Counted from the first letter of the stretch, positions 49,191-60,048 are shown. The stretch: 64,000 nucleotides of DNA from Candidatus Hermodarchaeota archaeon (GCA_048885525.1 JBHLLP010000015.1:15055-79054); one strand, 5' to 3'. Notes: generated by a model from the sequence alone, not told the origin. Made by a program: numbers and translations.

Positions 49191-50813
49191 CTAGCTATTT
49201 AATCGTTTATAGAGTTTTTTCATAATTTTATAGAGATTCATATATTCTTTGAAGATTTTATCATAAATTAGGCGATTTTCGGGATTTGGGGTATAAATAT
49301 TGGATATCTCACAACATCTTTGTATATCTTCCCATTTAAGGTACCCGAGTCCTACTGAAGCAATATATGCAGCACCTCGTGCATTTGCTTGTATAGGATC
49401 AGAAACTTGTTTAATCTTTCTGTTAAGAACATCTGCAAAGATTTGGCACCATACATCGCTCTGAGCACCTCCTCCAATTATATTTAGCTCTGGCATGATA
49501 ATACTATTTTTTGGTAATCCTCGATCCTTAATGACCCATTTTCCAATGAAATTTTCAATACAAATTAATAACCATTTTACGTTATATGCGACGCCTTCAA
49601 AAATAGCTCTTATTATGTGTTCTCTTGACATTTCAAGAGAAAGATTGTATAAACCTCCTCGAATATTAGGATCATCGATAGGTGATCGCTCTCCTATAAG
49701 CCATGGGGTAAAAATGAGATTATTTGAACCAGCAGGAACATTCTCAACAATTCGATCAAAAATTTTATATATATCAGGTACCGCTTCTTCTTTTAATAAC
49801 TCATCCTTATGATATAAAATTTTATCTCTTAGGAATGATAACGCACCTCCAGCAATTTCTTGCTCATTACCTGTAAGATATCTTCCTGGTATAGCAGAAG
49901 GCAACGTACCCAGATTATGAGCAATATCTACTCCCTTATGAGGTATATGTAAAAATATCCAGTCGCTTGTACCAATATATATATGTCCCTCATAATTCCC
50001 AACTGCTCCCGATCCTATTGTTGCAGAATGTATATCTGGAGCACCCATAACCACTTTTGTAGTCTTTTCTAATCCTAACTCATCAGCTACATCTTTTTTG
50101 ATTGGACCTAAAATGTCTAGAGAATTTTTCAGTTCTGATGGAAACTTATTTTTTGATACTTTGAACATCTTTAATAATTTTTTTGAGTAATGAATATTGT
50201 TAGGATCTCTTGTATCAGTAACCCAGTGAAGCGTGATTGATGCAAATGATGCAGCAAAATTTCCTGTCAATTTCAAGTTTATAAAATCTTGAGGCTCTAA
50301 AAACATGAACGTTCTATCATAAATATCAGGAAATTCATTTTTAATTACTAATATATGCGCTATAGGATCTTTACCGGGTAAAGTTGGACCACCAAAGGCT
50401 CTTTTTAAGAATGTAAGTATTTTTCTTACATTATATCCTGAAACTTTAAGAATTCCTCTATTAAATCGTTCAATATATTTCGCACCTCTCGTATCCATCC
50501 ATATGATTGCATTCATAAGATGATTGCCCTCTTTATCTAATGGTACCGTGCCACTCCATTGACTAGTATTACAGATACCTACAATATTTTCTACTCTAAT
50601 GCCACTTTTGTCAATTACTTTTTTAGCAGTGTTTTTAATAGCATTCCACCAATCATTTGGATCTTGCTCAACAGAACCACCTTTAAGAGCAATTATGGGT
50701 GTTTCTTCGAAAGCCCATTCAAGTATATCTCCTTGCGTGGATACAATAGCAGATTTTGGACCTCCCGTTCCATGATCAATAGCTAAAATATATTTCATTT
50801 GAGAATCTGACAT
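49191..50813 (-). CDS. FGGY-family carbohydrate kinase (xylulokinase-like)
   Basis: LAIDHGTGGPK; EQDP.DWW; AIIWMDTR; IGTS; PWLIGERSP; AIFEGVAY; IGGGAQSDVWCQIFADV. Confidence 0.9.
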   Translation of the reverse strand: MSDSQMKYILAIDHGTGGPKSAIVSTQGDILEWAFEETPIIALKGGSVEQDPNDWWNAIKNTAKKVIDKSGIRVENIVGICNTSQWSGTVPLDKEGNHLMNAIIWMDTRGAKYIERFNRGILKVSGYNVRKILTFLKRAFGGPTLPGKDPIAHILVIKNEFPDIYDRTFMFLEPQDFINLKLTGNFAASFASITLHWVTDTRDPNNIHYSKKLLKMFKVSKNKFPSELKNSLDILGPIKKDVADELGLEKTTKVVMGAPDIHSATIGSGAVGNYEGHIYIGTSDWIFLHIPHKGVDIAHNLGTLPSAIPGRYLTGNEQEIAGGALSFLRDKILYHKDELLKEEAVPDIYKIFDRIVENVPAGSNNLIFTPWLIGERSPIDDPNIRGGLYNLSLEMSREHIIRAIFEGVAYNVKWLLICIENFIGKWVIKDRGLPKNSIIMPELNIIGGGAQSDVWCQIFADVLNRKIKQVSDPIQANARGAAYIASVGLGYLKWEDIQRCCEISNIYTPNPENRLIYDKIFKEYMNLYKIMKKLYKRLNS

Positions 50814-51044
50814 ATTTTATATTAATGATGTTAAAGTAAATAAAGATTTTTTTAGTTAAGTTCTCGAAAAGAATTCTTAAATGGTATGAAATTAGAGATA
50901 TATATCCTTTTTTTTCCATGAAAGAAAGTGAAATTGCATAATTATTTATATATAAATTATCTTGTCAAACATTGATTCATTAAGGGTTTTATAGATTAAT
51001 TATTTCAATTTAATTTCTTAGAAGTGGTATAGAGAAATATTCGA

Positions 51045-53861
51045 ATGTTTGATAAAAGAGATTATATTAGAGTATTTGTTGTTGTAATTATATCGACTTT
51101 TCTTGCTTTAAATATTAGAATTTTTCTCGAAAATTATTATCAACGGACATTCGATAAATCTCATTACAATTTAGATTCAAATTTGTACCGATTTGATGAT
51201 TTAGATACCCAAGGGATAGTACAAGATCATTATGCAATAGAGTATCTTAATAACTCGAATTTTAATTCTCAAAGCTCATGGTTTTCCATTGAGGAAGGTG
51301 ATAGTACAGATGTAAATGGAATTATAAATTCAGGACAGGCCAATTTAGACATTCTAGGTGAACAACATACTTTCTCTTTAATAGCAGATCCTCCTCTTGC
51401 CTTAGATTGGATAGAGACTAATAATCCTGAATTGCCTGATCCCCCCGATATAGCTGAAATTACTTCTCAAGGTTGTAGAGTGTCTCATCAATTTGATGAC
51501 GTAACTGCTGTTCAGCAACCAAGTGTACATTGGGATCATAATGTTTCAATGCCCATTGATATGTCCGACTATGTAATTAAATCCGCTTCTGTTCAAGCTA
51601 TTATCAATGCGACTGTGGATGAAAATCTTGACCGTTTAGAAGATTATTTAACTGGAGATTTGGCAAGGTTAAATCCTAATTACATTGTAGATACTTATAG
51701 TATTGGAGATTTTATTCAATATTATATATTAGTTTCAGATTTAGAAAAACATAGGGTTTATGAAATTGCATATTTTCAAACTGAACAAATCGGGAGTAGC
51801 GATCCTCCCGGGAAGGATTATCTATATGACACATTCATGCTTGGCGTATCCCAAGAGGATTTGATTTATGCACTTACATCTGTTTTAAGTATAGATAATT
51901 CCAACTTTACGGTTACTCTCGGAATTACATTACATATTGAAGATAATTTAGCTAATTACTGGGATCTTGATTATTTTGATGAGATCTATATAAAATTTGT
52001 AAATTTGACATTTATATTTGAAAAAAGAATAGATCAATATACTTCTATTTCATTGAATCAGATTGGAAATAAACTTCATGGAAGTGATATTGATATAATT
52101 AATGCTACACTTAATTTTAAATATAAAATTGACAGAAATTGGCCGAATAACTCGCCTAATTCAGAAATTTGGGTTTATGTCAACGATAGAATTCATCCAG
52201 AGGCAGTTAAATTGAGTTCTGCCAAATCTACGTTCCAAGAAATAAAATTAGGAGGATTTAATGTTAAAAATTTTATTATAGCAGAAGAAAACATTAGTAT
52301 CTCTATAAAAATATATATTGCTGATACTTTTACCTTAAATCAAACAATTAGAATATCAATAGATAATGCTAGTTTATTTATTTCTTATATTAATAACGTT
52401 GTAGAAGCGAAGACTGAGTTAGATCTATTCCTTAATAGCATAAATAAAACCCAAGAAAAAACAATTGATGTTACCATTGGTAATTCTGTTAACATTGAAA
52501 TCAAATACATGGATCAGTTAAAAAAATTTATTGAAAATGCTTCAGTACAATTAAAAGGATTAGGATCCCCTATAAATTTAACTGAAAATAGTACTTTAAA
52601 ATATTATCATATTTCTATCCAAACAATCAACTTAAACCTTGGAAATAATTATCTTACTTTATCAGCAAGTAAAAAATATTATGAACCAATAGAAATTCAG
52701 ATAAATATCAATGTAAAAAAAATAAATTGTGAAATAAGAACATTATTAGGTGAACCCAGAATAGAGATACAAACTGGATCTATCCCTAATATAGAACTTA
52801 GTTTAATCAATCTGGAAACTAATGAGGTTATTATGGGTGCAATTGTTGAATATTCATGGGAATTTGGTACTGGTATATTAGAAGATAAAGATAATGATGG
52901 GATATATGAAACTACGCTGAAAAAATGCCCTTCTGGAACATATACTATTAACATTACTGCATTTGCGGGAGTTAATTACAGCTTTGAACAGTATGAATTG
53001 AATTTAATAGTACATAAGCCAACAGGAATAAACAGAGAAATTTTGAATCTTTTTATTATTATTTCAATTATTGCATTTACTATTATTGGAATTCTAACAG
53101 CTCTAAGTATGAAAAATTATGTTTTTGCACCTCGTAAGATTAAAAAAAGGAATGAATTATTATTAAGAACACAGATTTTCAAAGATGCAGATAATATTCA
53201 AGGGATATTACTTATTCATACCGAAAGTGGCTTACCAATCTTCTCTAAAAACTATTCTGCTATCATGAAAGGGAAGAAAACCCTTTTCTCAGGATTTATA
53301 CAAGCTGTTTCTCTATTTAGCGATGAAATATCTAATAGCAAAATTGGTAAACCTACTTCAAAAGAAGCACAAAGTAAAAAAAGTGTCCAAAAAGTAATTG
53401 AATTAGATTTTAAACATTTTTTTTGCCTAATTTTTGATATTGAAGAATTACGGACAGTGCTTATATTAAAAAATAGATCATCAAAAAGATTAAAACGCCA
53501 AATGTTTAAATTTTCTTTATTCACCTATTTAAGAATTTCTGAACAATTAAAAGAATGGAATCATAGGTTAGAACAATTTCGAGACATAATTCCACCTCTA
53601 TTAAATGAATATTTCTGTCTATATTATAAAGAATTCTTTAAATTAGCCATTGATCAACCAAAGCTTGAAGAAGTTAAGAAAAAATTGAATTTAACTAAAT
53701 TACAGTTCAAAATTTTAAAGGAATTTTGTTTAATTGCTACAGAGAATAAGATCTTTAAATTAATGACTCTTCTTGAAAAGTTCAGCGAAAAAAATGAAGA
53801 CTCGGTTATAGATGCTATTCAAGTCTTAATTAATCATGAATTAATTATACCTTATTTCTAA
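51045..53861 (+). CDS. Receptor-like membrane protein: large extracellular beta-rich region, single TM, cytoplasmic longin-like domain + helical/wHTH-like tail
   Basis: N-terminal signal-anchor; many NxS/T sequons; TM around 53040-53110; cytoplasmic IQGILLIH..SGLPIFSK.Y......LFSGFIQAVS.FS.EI motif. Confidence 0.75.
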   Translation: MFDKRDYIRVFVVVIISTFLALNIRIFLENYYQRTFDKSHYNLDSNLYRFDDLDTQGIVQDHYAIEYLNNSNFNSQSSWFSIEEGDSTDVNGIINSGQANLDILGEQHTFSLIADPPLALDWIETNNPELPDPPDIAEITSQGCRVSHQFDDVTAVQQPSVHWDHNVSMPIDMSDYVIKSASVQAIINATVDENLDRLEDYLTGDLARLNPNYIVDTYSIGDFIQYYILVSDLEKHRVYEIAYFQTEQIGSSDPPGKDYLYDTFMLGVSQEDLIYALTSVLSIDNSNFTVTLGITLHIEDNLANYWDLDYFDEIYIKFVNLTFIFEKRIDQYTSISLNQIGNKLHGSDIDIINATLNFKYKIDRNWPNNSPNSEIWVYVNDRIHPEAVKLSSAKSTFQEIKLGGFNVKNFIIAEENISISIKIYIADTFTLNQTIRISIDNASLFISYINNVVEAKTELDLFLNSINKTQEKTIDVTIGNSVNIEIKYMDQLKKFIENASVQLKGLGSPINLTENSTLKYYHISIQTINLNLGNNYLTLSASKKYYEPIEIQININVKKINCEIRTLLGEPRIEIQTGSIPNIELSLINLETNEVIMGAIVEYSWEFGTGILEDKDNDGIYETTLKKCPSGTYTINITAFAGVNYSFEQYELNLIVHKPTGINREILNLFIIISIIAFTIIGILTALSMKNYVFAPRKIKKRNELLLRTQIFKDADNIQGILLIHTESGLPIFSKNYSAIMKGKKTLFSGFIQAVSLFSDEISNSKIGKPTSKEAQSKKSVQKVIELDFKHFFCLIFDIEELRTVLILKNRSSKRLKRQMFKFSLFTYLRISEQLKEWNHRLEQFRDIIPPLLNEYFCLYYKEFFKLAIDQPKLEEVKKKLNLTKLQFKILKEFCLIATENKIFKLMTLLEKFSEKNEDSVIDAIQVLINHELIIPYF

Positions 53862-53948
53862 TTATTATTGAAAATAATAAGATTAATTTTTGATACTATT
53901 ATTTATTATTTAAAATAGTCACCAAAATATTACAAATTTTGATCAAAT

Positions 53949-55361
53949 ATGCCCAGTTTGAATTATAAAGAAATACAAGCCAAGATAAATAATGTAGTGA
54001 ATAATCCTATAAGGCATTTCAAATCCGAAGAGTTAAAAGGAATAATTGAAAGATATCATCGTAATCACCCTAAATCACTGGAAATTTATGGGAGGATGAA
54101 GAAAGTTATTCCAGGGGGTGTTGAGCACAATTTAAGCTTCAATTATCCTTTTCCATTAGCTAGTAAACGAGTATTTGATTGTTATATGGAGACTGTAGAC
54201 AATATTATATTTACCGATTATTTAATGGATGGAGGACCTATAATTCTTGGTCACAATCACCCCCAATTAACTGAAAAAATAATTGAAGTGATAAGAAATT
54301 TAGGTCCTTGTCATGGAATTACAAGTGAATATGAATACCTCGCAGCTGAGCAATTGAAAAAACATTTTCCTTCATGTGAATTCATACGTTGGCTGCAATC
54401 TGGAACCGAGGCTAATATGTTAGCAATAAGAGTTGCTAGAGTCTTTACTAGAAGGAAATGGATTGTGAAAATGGGTGGATCCTATCATGGGTGGAGTGAC
54501 CAGCTTGTTTTTGATATGAAAATTCCAGGAACTCTAAGGGTAGAATCACATGGTATTCCTAAACCAGTCTTAGAATATACTTTATCTTCTAAACCGAATG
54601 ATATTGATGCATTAAGAGAATTATTTAAGGAAAAGAAGAAGATCGCTGCTGTAATAATAGAACCTCAGGGTGGCGAATCAGGAGCAACACCAACAAGACC
54701 TGGTTTCAACAAAGAAGTAGAAGAATTGTGTCGAGAAAATGGTGCTCTCCTAATTTCTGATGAAGTTGTTTCTGCTTTTAGATTACACATGGGAGGTGGT
54801 CAAGCTTATTTTGGATATACTCCTGATTTATCTGTATTTGGTAAGATTGTAGGTCATGGATATCCCTCAGCAGCAGCTCTAGGTGGGAGAGAAGAGATAA
54901 TGAGATTATGTGCTGCCGGTGTGGGTGGAGTGGGTGCTAAAAGAGCCTATTGTGGAGGTACAATCGCAGCAAATCCTCTCACGTGTGCAGCTGCATACTA
55001 CGCTATAAAATTAATTGAAGAAACTAACGCAACTGAAAAGACTGATAGAGCTGGTACACGTTTATCAGCTGGATTGAATGAAGTATTTAATAAATATGAT
55101 TTACCATGGTTCTCCTATAATTATGGAGGAACTATCCACTTTCAAACAAGTTACCCTTTTGGTTTAGATATTAAGGATCCAGTTCAAGGGCCTCAAATAA
55201 AAGAACGCAAAGAATTCATGGAACATATAGGAGCAGCATTAGTAGACCAAGAGATTATTTCTGTTGCAGGTAGTAGATTTTATACTTGTATGCTTCACAC
55301 TGATGAAATTATTGATGAAACGCTTAAAAAAATTGATAATATTTGTCAAAAAATAGAGTGA
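53949..55361 (+). CDS. Class III PLP aminotransferase (glutamate-1-semialdehyde aminomutase-like)
   Basis: IPGGV; GPIILGH; SGTEANM.A.RVAR; SYHG; IIEP; LISDEV..AFR; FGK; GGT.AANP. Confidence 0.85.
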   Translation: MPSLNYKEIQAKINNVVNNPIRHFKSEELKGIIERYHRNHPKSLEIYGRMKKVIPGGVEHNLSFNYPFPLASKRVFDCYMETVDNIIFTDYLMDGGPIILGHNHPQLTEKIIEVIRNLGPCHGITSEYEYLAAEQLKKHFPSCEFIRWLQSGTEANMLAIRVARVFTRRKWIVKMGGSYHGWSDQLVFDMKIPGTLRVESHGIPKPVLEYTLSSKPNDIDALRELFKEKKKIAAVIIEPQGGESGATPTRPGFNKEVEELCRENGALLISDEVVSAFRLHMGGGQAYFGYTPDLSVFGKIVGHGYPSAAALGGREEIMRLCAAGVGGVGAKRAYCGGTIAANPLTCAAAYYAIKLIEETNATEKTDRAGTRLSAGLNEVFNKYDLPWFSYNYGGTIHFQTSYPFGLDIKDPVQGPQIKERKEFMEHIGAALVDQEIISVAGSRFYTCMLHTDEIIDETLKKIDNICQKIE

Positions 55362-55364
55362 ATT

Positions 55365-56627
55365 TTAAATCTCAAAAGCCCATTCACCATTTCTCCTAAT
55401 AGGTTCGGTTTTTCCATTTTTTAAAATTCCATCTATATCCATTTTGTCTGATCCAATCATGAAATCAATGTGAATTTTGCTAATATTACCTCCAACAGCA
55501 GAAAACTCCTCATCAGACATTTTCTTGCCATTTTCTAAGGCAAATTTGAAACCTCGACCTATAGCAATATGGGATGATGCATTTTCATCGATAAGAGTAT
55601 TATAATAGAGCAATCCTGATTGGGAAATGGGTGAACTATGCGGAACAAATGCAATTTCCCCTAATCTTCTTGCCCCTTCATCGGTTTCAAGTATCTTATG
55701 TAACAGTTCTTCTCCTTTTTTAGCAGTAGCTTCTATGACACGCCCTTTGGAAAAAGTTAAACTGACCCCATCAATTATAACATCTGTATGGCGAGGTTTT
55801 GTACTGGTTACAATACCTTCTGTCATATCCTTATGGGGTGTTGTGAATATCTCTTCAGTAGGTATATTTCCTATGAAATCAATACCACTTTGAGTTCTAA
55901 ATTTTGCAGTCCCCCAAAAATAGCCTTTAGGTAACCCTATTGTGAGATCTGTTCCAGGAGCAATTAATTTCAATGATACGTACTGCTTTTGATTTAAATA
56001 TTTACTCCTAGTGGTAAGGTGTTTAATATGATCCTCCCAATTGGCGATCGGATCACCATTTTTAACCCGACATATTTCAAAAATGTTATCCCAAAATTTA
56101 GATTTTTGGTGCTCTTGTGGAACATCAGAAAATACTTTTTCTGTCCAACCACTAACAGGAGCAGTGATTGCTGTCCAATTCACAGCGCTTTCAGATATTA
56201 AATCACCAAAAATTTTTCTGTATTTGGCATATGTATTAAAAGTAGTTGCCATTAAATCTTGATCTTGACCTTCGAGTAAATCAGGATTATAAGCACCAAA
56301 AATAAGGACTGCGTCTCCTTCTGATCCAAATTGATATTGACAATCGGTTCGCCAAGTAGGGTATTCTTCAAAAGAATCTCTTGGAGCATGTTCAAATCGA
56401 ATTTTACGTAGTTGATCATCATCCCAAAAGACCTCTACAAAACTAGCCCCATTTTGATATGCTTTTTTTGTAATCAAACGTACTAATGGAGCTAATTCAA
56501 TAGGTGATCCATAAGTATATGGGGTGGGTCCACCGATCAGCAAACGTTGTCCAGGTTGAACATTTAGACCTATTTTTACTATTATTTCAGCATATTTTTC
56601 TAAATTTTTTTCAAATTCTGACGACAT
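55365..56627 (-). CDS. M29-family aminopeptidase (AmpS/AmpT-like), copy 1
   Basis: NIPTEEIFTTP; LGEIAFVP.SSPIS; NTLIDENASSH; HIDFMIG. Confidence 0.92.
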   Translation of the reverse strand: MSSEFEKNLEKYAEIIVKIGLNVQPGQRLLIGGPTPYTYGSPIELAPLVRLITKKAYQNGASFVEVFWDDDQLRKIRFEHAPRDSFEEYPTWRTDCQYQFGSEGDAVLIFGAYNPDLLEGQDQDLMATTFNTYAKYRKIFGDLISESAVNWTAITAPVSGWTEKVFSDVPQEHQKSKFWDNIFEICRVKNGDPIANWEDHIKHLTTRSKYLNQKQYVSLKLIAPGTDLTIGLPKGYFWGTAKFRTQSGIDFIGNIPTEEIFTTPHKDMTEGIVTSTKPRHTDVIIDGVSLTFSKGRVIEATAKKGEELLHKILETDEGARRLGEIAFVPHSSPISQSGLLYYNTLIDENASSHIAIGRGFKFALENGKKMSDEEFSAVGGNISKIHIDFMIGSDKMDIDGILKNGKTEPIRRNGEWAFEI

Positions 56628-56711
56628 TAACTTTCCAATTTTTAATGTTCATTTTTAATATAAGTTTTACTTTGTTCTCAATCTTTTAATAGGTATTGAT
56701 TTATAACAACT

Positions 56712-57971
56712 TTACACTTCAAAAGCCCATTCACCATCTTTGATAATTGGATCAACATTTCCATCATCTAATATACCATCAATATCCAAATCTTCTGAAC
56801 CAACCATAAAATCGACATGTACTTTACTAATATTACCCCCTGCTGCTTTAAATTCCTCTTCGGACATAATTTGTCCATTTTTTATACCATTTCTTATACC
56901 TTTACCGAAAGCTATGTGACAAGAAGCGTTTTCATCTATGAGCGTATTAAAAAATAGAATACCTAATTGTGAAATGGGTGAACTGTGAGGAACAAGAGCC
57001 ACTTCACCCAAATATGATGCCCCTTCATCAATATTTATTAAATTTTGGAGATCTTCTTCTCCACTTTTCGCAGTTGCTTCAACAATTTTCCCTTCTGAAA
57101 ACTTAAATTTTAAACTTTCAATTAAACTCCCAGCAAAATTGAGAGGTTTTGTCGCTGTTAGGAAACCTTCTGTTTTATCATACTGCGGTGTTGTAAATAT
57201 TTCTTCAGTAGGTACATTTACAGCGTGCTCTATACCACTTTTAGTTGTCATAGTACCACTTCTCCATATATGGTCCTTAGGTAAACCAATTGTGAGGTTT
57301 ATCCCAGGACCATTATACTTCAATGCTGAATAATGCTTTTTAGTAAGATAATTACTTCTTTCCTTGAGTAGATTTATATGGTCTTGCCATGCTAAAATTG
57401 GATCTCTAGATTTTACTCTGCACATCTCAAAAATATTATCCCATAGTTTTTTTTTCCTTTCTTCTGATTCTAGATTTGGAAATACCTTACTTGCCCATCC
57501 CTCGCTAGCAGCAGCTACATAAGTACTGTTAGCAGGGTGATCGTTATTAAGTTTCGCGATTTCCTTGATTCCTTTAAAATAAGTTTGTTGAAAAACTTTT
57601 AGCTTTTCAGAATCTTGATTTGTAAGTAAATCTGGATTATTTGCTATAATAAAAAGTATCGGATTACCTTCTTTGACATGATTATACATAAAATCATATT
57701 TCCATTCCGGAAATTCAGTGAAAGAGTCAAGTGGAGCATGTTGGAAACGAGTTAAATATACTATCTCGTCATACCACATTACTTCAACAAGTCTAGCTCC
57801 AATGTCATACGCCTTTTTAGTAATCAACCGAATGAAGGGAGTTAATTCAATAGAAACTCCAAAAGTAAAGGGGCTATAAATACATAATTTTTGCCCCGAT
57901 TGAAGATTAAGAGCTACTTTAATTATTAGATCGGCATATTTTTCTAGATTTCTTTCAAATTCTGAAGACAT
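56712..57971 (-). CDS. M29-family aminopeptidase (AmpS/AmpT-like), copy 2
   Basis: NVPTEEIFTTP; LGEVALVP.SSPIS; NTLIDENASCH; HVDFMVG. Confidence 0.92.
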   Translation of the reverse strand: MSSEFERNLEKYADLIIKVALNLQSGQKLCIYSPFTFGVSIELTPFIRLITKKAYDIGARLVEVMWYDEIVYLTRFQHAPLDSFTEFPEWKYDFMYNHVKEGNPILFIIANNPDLLTNQDSEKLKVFQQTYFKGIKEIAKLNNDHPANSTYVAAASEGWASKVFPNLESEERKKKLWDNIFEMCRVKSRDPILAWQDHINLLKERSNYLTKKHYSALKYNGPGINLTIGLPKDHIWRSGTMTTKSGIEHAVNVPTEEIFTTPQYDKTEGFLTATKPLNFAGSLIESLKFKFSEGKIVEATAKSGEEDLQNLINIDEGASYLGEVALVPHSSPISQLGILFFNTLIDENASCHIAFGKGIRNGIKNGQIMSEEEFKAAGGNISKVHVDFMVGSEDLDIDGILDDGNVDPIIKDGEWAFEV

Positions 57972-58070
57972 TAATTATACATCTTTTTTTTAACAATTAT
58001 CAAATATTTTATTTTATTTCAAATCTTTTTTTAAATTATCCTATAAAAAGAAGATATCGTTGAAATATTT

Positions 58071-59096
58071 ATGGGAAAACAAACAGAAATTACTGAACCT
58101 TCAGATTTATTTAGTAAAGATGGCTCTCTTGTCCAGAAAGGATGGGCAAGAAAACCAATATTAAAGTATAATAAAGAAAATATTGGAAAAGGGTGGTCCC
58201 GTATTAAAGAATGGGATCATTTCTCTATATTAAATGATCAATTTGGATTTCAACTAACAATTGGAGATATTGGATATATTACTCAAATGAGTTATGTATG
58301 GCTTGATTTTGAGAAGAAAGAAAGAGAAAGTAAAGGAGAATTTAAGTTTTTTACTAAATCTAAGCTGTTGCCCCCTAGTTCTCTAGAAGATAGTAAAATC
58401 GAATTTCCTTCCAAGAAATTTAAAGCTATAATTGAGAAAAAAGGAAACCAGAGAATAATAACCATTGAGGATCCAACATTTATAAATAAAGGGATTAAAG
58501 GAACAATTACTCTTAATGATAAACCAGAATGGGATAATACTGTGGTAGTAACTGGATATAAGGAGGATCCTAGACTATTTTATTACAATCATAAAATCAA
58601 TATGATGCCAGCTGAAGGATCAATTCAGATTGGTGAAAATAAATACTTATTCGAGCCAGAAACTTCTTTTGGTCTTATGGATTGGGGGCGTGGAATTTGG
58701 CCTTATCATACACATTGGTTATGGGGTTCTGCGTGCGGAATAGTGAATGAAGTGCCAGTTGCCTTTAATATTGGATATGGTTTTGGAGATTTATCAACTC
58801 ATACCGAAAATATTATTTTTTATGATGGAAAAGCTCATAAAATTGATGAAGTTGCCTTTCATCATGAGAATCGAGATCCTACAAAACCTTGGAAATTCAC
58901 GAGTAATAATAATCGCTTTAATATGTTTTTAACACCTCTGATTCCCCACAAAGAGAAATTAAATTTTGGACTAATATATCTGAATTCTTTCCTCCTTCAC
59001 GGTTTATATACTGGAGATGTTGTATTAGATAATGGCGAGAAGATCCATATTGATAATCTTCTAGGTCATGCAGAAGATATCTTTTGGCGCTGGTAA
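58071..59096 (+). CDS. DUF2804 family protein
   Basis: GWAR.P...YN; RIKEWD; FYYNHK; DWGRG.WPY...W.W; FN.GYGFGD...TEN; G.AE....RW. Confidence 0.8.
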   Translation: MGKQTEITEPSDLFSKDGSLVQKGWARKPILKYNKENIGKGWSRIKEWDHFSILNDQFGFQLTIGDIGYITQMSYVWLDFEKKERESKGEFKFFTKSKLLPPSSLEDSKIEFPSKKFKAIIEKKGNQRIITIEDPTFINKGIKGTITLNDKPEWDNTVVVTGYKEDPRLFYYNHKINMMPAEGSIQIGENKYLFEPETSFGLMDWGRGIWPYHTHWLWGSACGIVNEVPVAFNIGYGFGDLSTHTENIIFYDGKAHKIDEVAFHHENRDPTKPWKFTSNNNRFNMFLTPLIPHKEKLNFGLIYLNSFLLHGLYTGDVVLDNGEKIHIDNLLGHAEDIFWRW

Positions 59097-59218
59097 AAAA
59101 AAATTAAGGTTTTTAACGCTTTAGGTTAATTGAAGCTTATACTTAGGATTAATAGTAACTGAGAACTAGATTATTTTATGTTCTGTTCTATATATAACTT
59201 CATCTTGAATTTATTTTT

Positions 59219-59872
59219 TTAATTATTTTTATTTGTGTTTGAATAATCTGATCTAATAAGCTTAAGTGCATTTTTTGTTAAATTCTTGATTTCTTCAAAC
59301 TTTCGGGAAGAAATTAAATCTTTTCTTACTATCCAACTTCCCCCACATGCAATAACATTAGGTAATTTCAAATAAATTTTCAGAGAATCATTATTTATCC
59401 CTCCAGTAGGTACAAATAATACATTTGGATAAGGACCTGCCAGACTCCTAAGCATTTTCGGTCCACCTGAAAGATCAGCTGGAAAAAATTTTAAAACATT
59501 TAAACCTCTATCAAGTGCCCACTCCACCATTGTTGGTGTATTTACACCAGGTATTATTGGAACTTTTTCTTCTACACAATAATCTACAACTTTTGGATTA
59601 AAACCAGGAGTTACAATAAATTGAGCTCCAGTTTTTATAGCATTTTTCACTTGATCAACTTTTAGAACTGTGCCAGCACCTACTAATATATCTGGTAAGT
59701 GTTTAGTTAATCTTTTAATAGATTCTGCAGCAGCTTCAGTTCTAAATGTCACTTCAATAATAGGAAGTCCAGCATCAATCAATACTTTCCCTAAAGGAAC
59801 TGCATTGTCAGCATTGTCTATAACAGCTACGGGGATAAGTCTTAGTTCTTTTATCTTTTCATAAACATTCAT
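59219..59872 (-). CDS. eda: KDPG/KHG aldolase (bacterial type)
   Basis: IEVTFRT; VGAGTV; FIVTPG; PG..TPT; LKFFPA...GG; FVPTGGI; ACGGSW. Confidence 0.92.
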   Translation of the reverse strand: MNVYEKIKELRLIPVAVIDNADNAVPLGKVLIDAGLPIIEVTFRTEAAAESIKRLTKHLPDILVGAGTVLKVDQVKNAIKTGAQFIVTPGFNPKVVDYCVEEKVPIIPGVNTPTMVEWALDRGLNVLKFFPADLSGGPKMLRSLAGPYPNVLFVPTGGINNDSLKIYLKLPNVIACGGSWIVRKDLISSRKFEEIKNLTKNALKLIRSDYSNTNKNN

Positions 59873-60048
59873 TTTTATACACTTTTAAAAAAATTCTCAA
59901 GACTGGATTGAGGATGAAAATTAATTTTCGTTTTTTTAGATTATCAACTTTCAATTTTATTTCTTATAATGATCAAAAGAATGATAGACTAAGTGATCAA
60001 TAATTTTTATTCTCAAATTGACTTAGTCTATAAAAAAAAAAAAATAAG

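Noticed and set aside
50858-51030. Partial matches to the TGTTC..AAGTGCACC motif upstream of the receptor-like gene (gttctcgaaaag; cttagaagtgg)
   Set aside because: They lack the GTGCAC core; too weak in AT-rich DNA.
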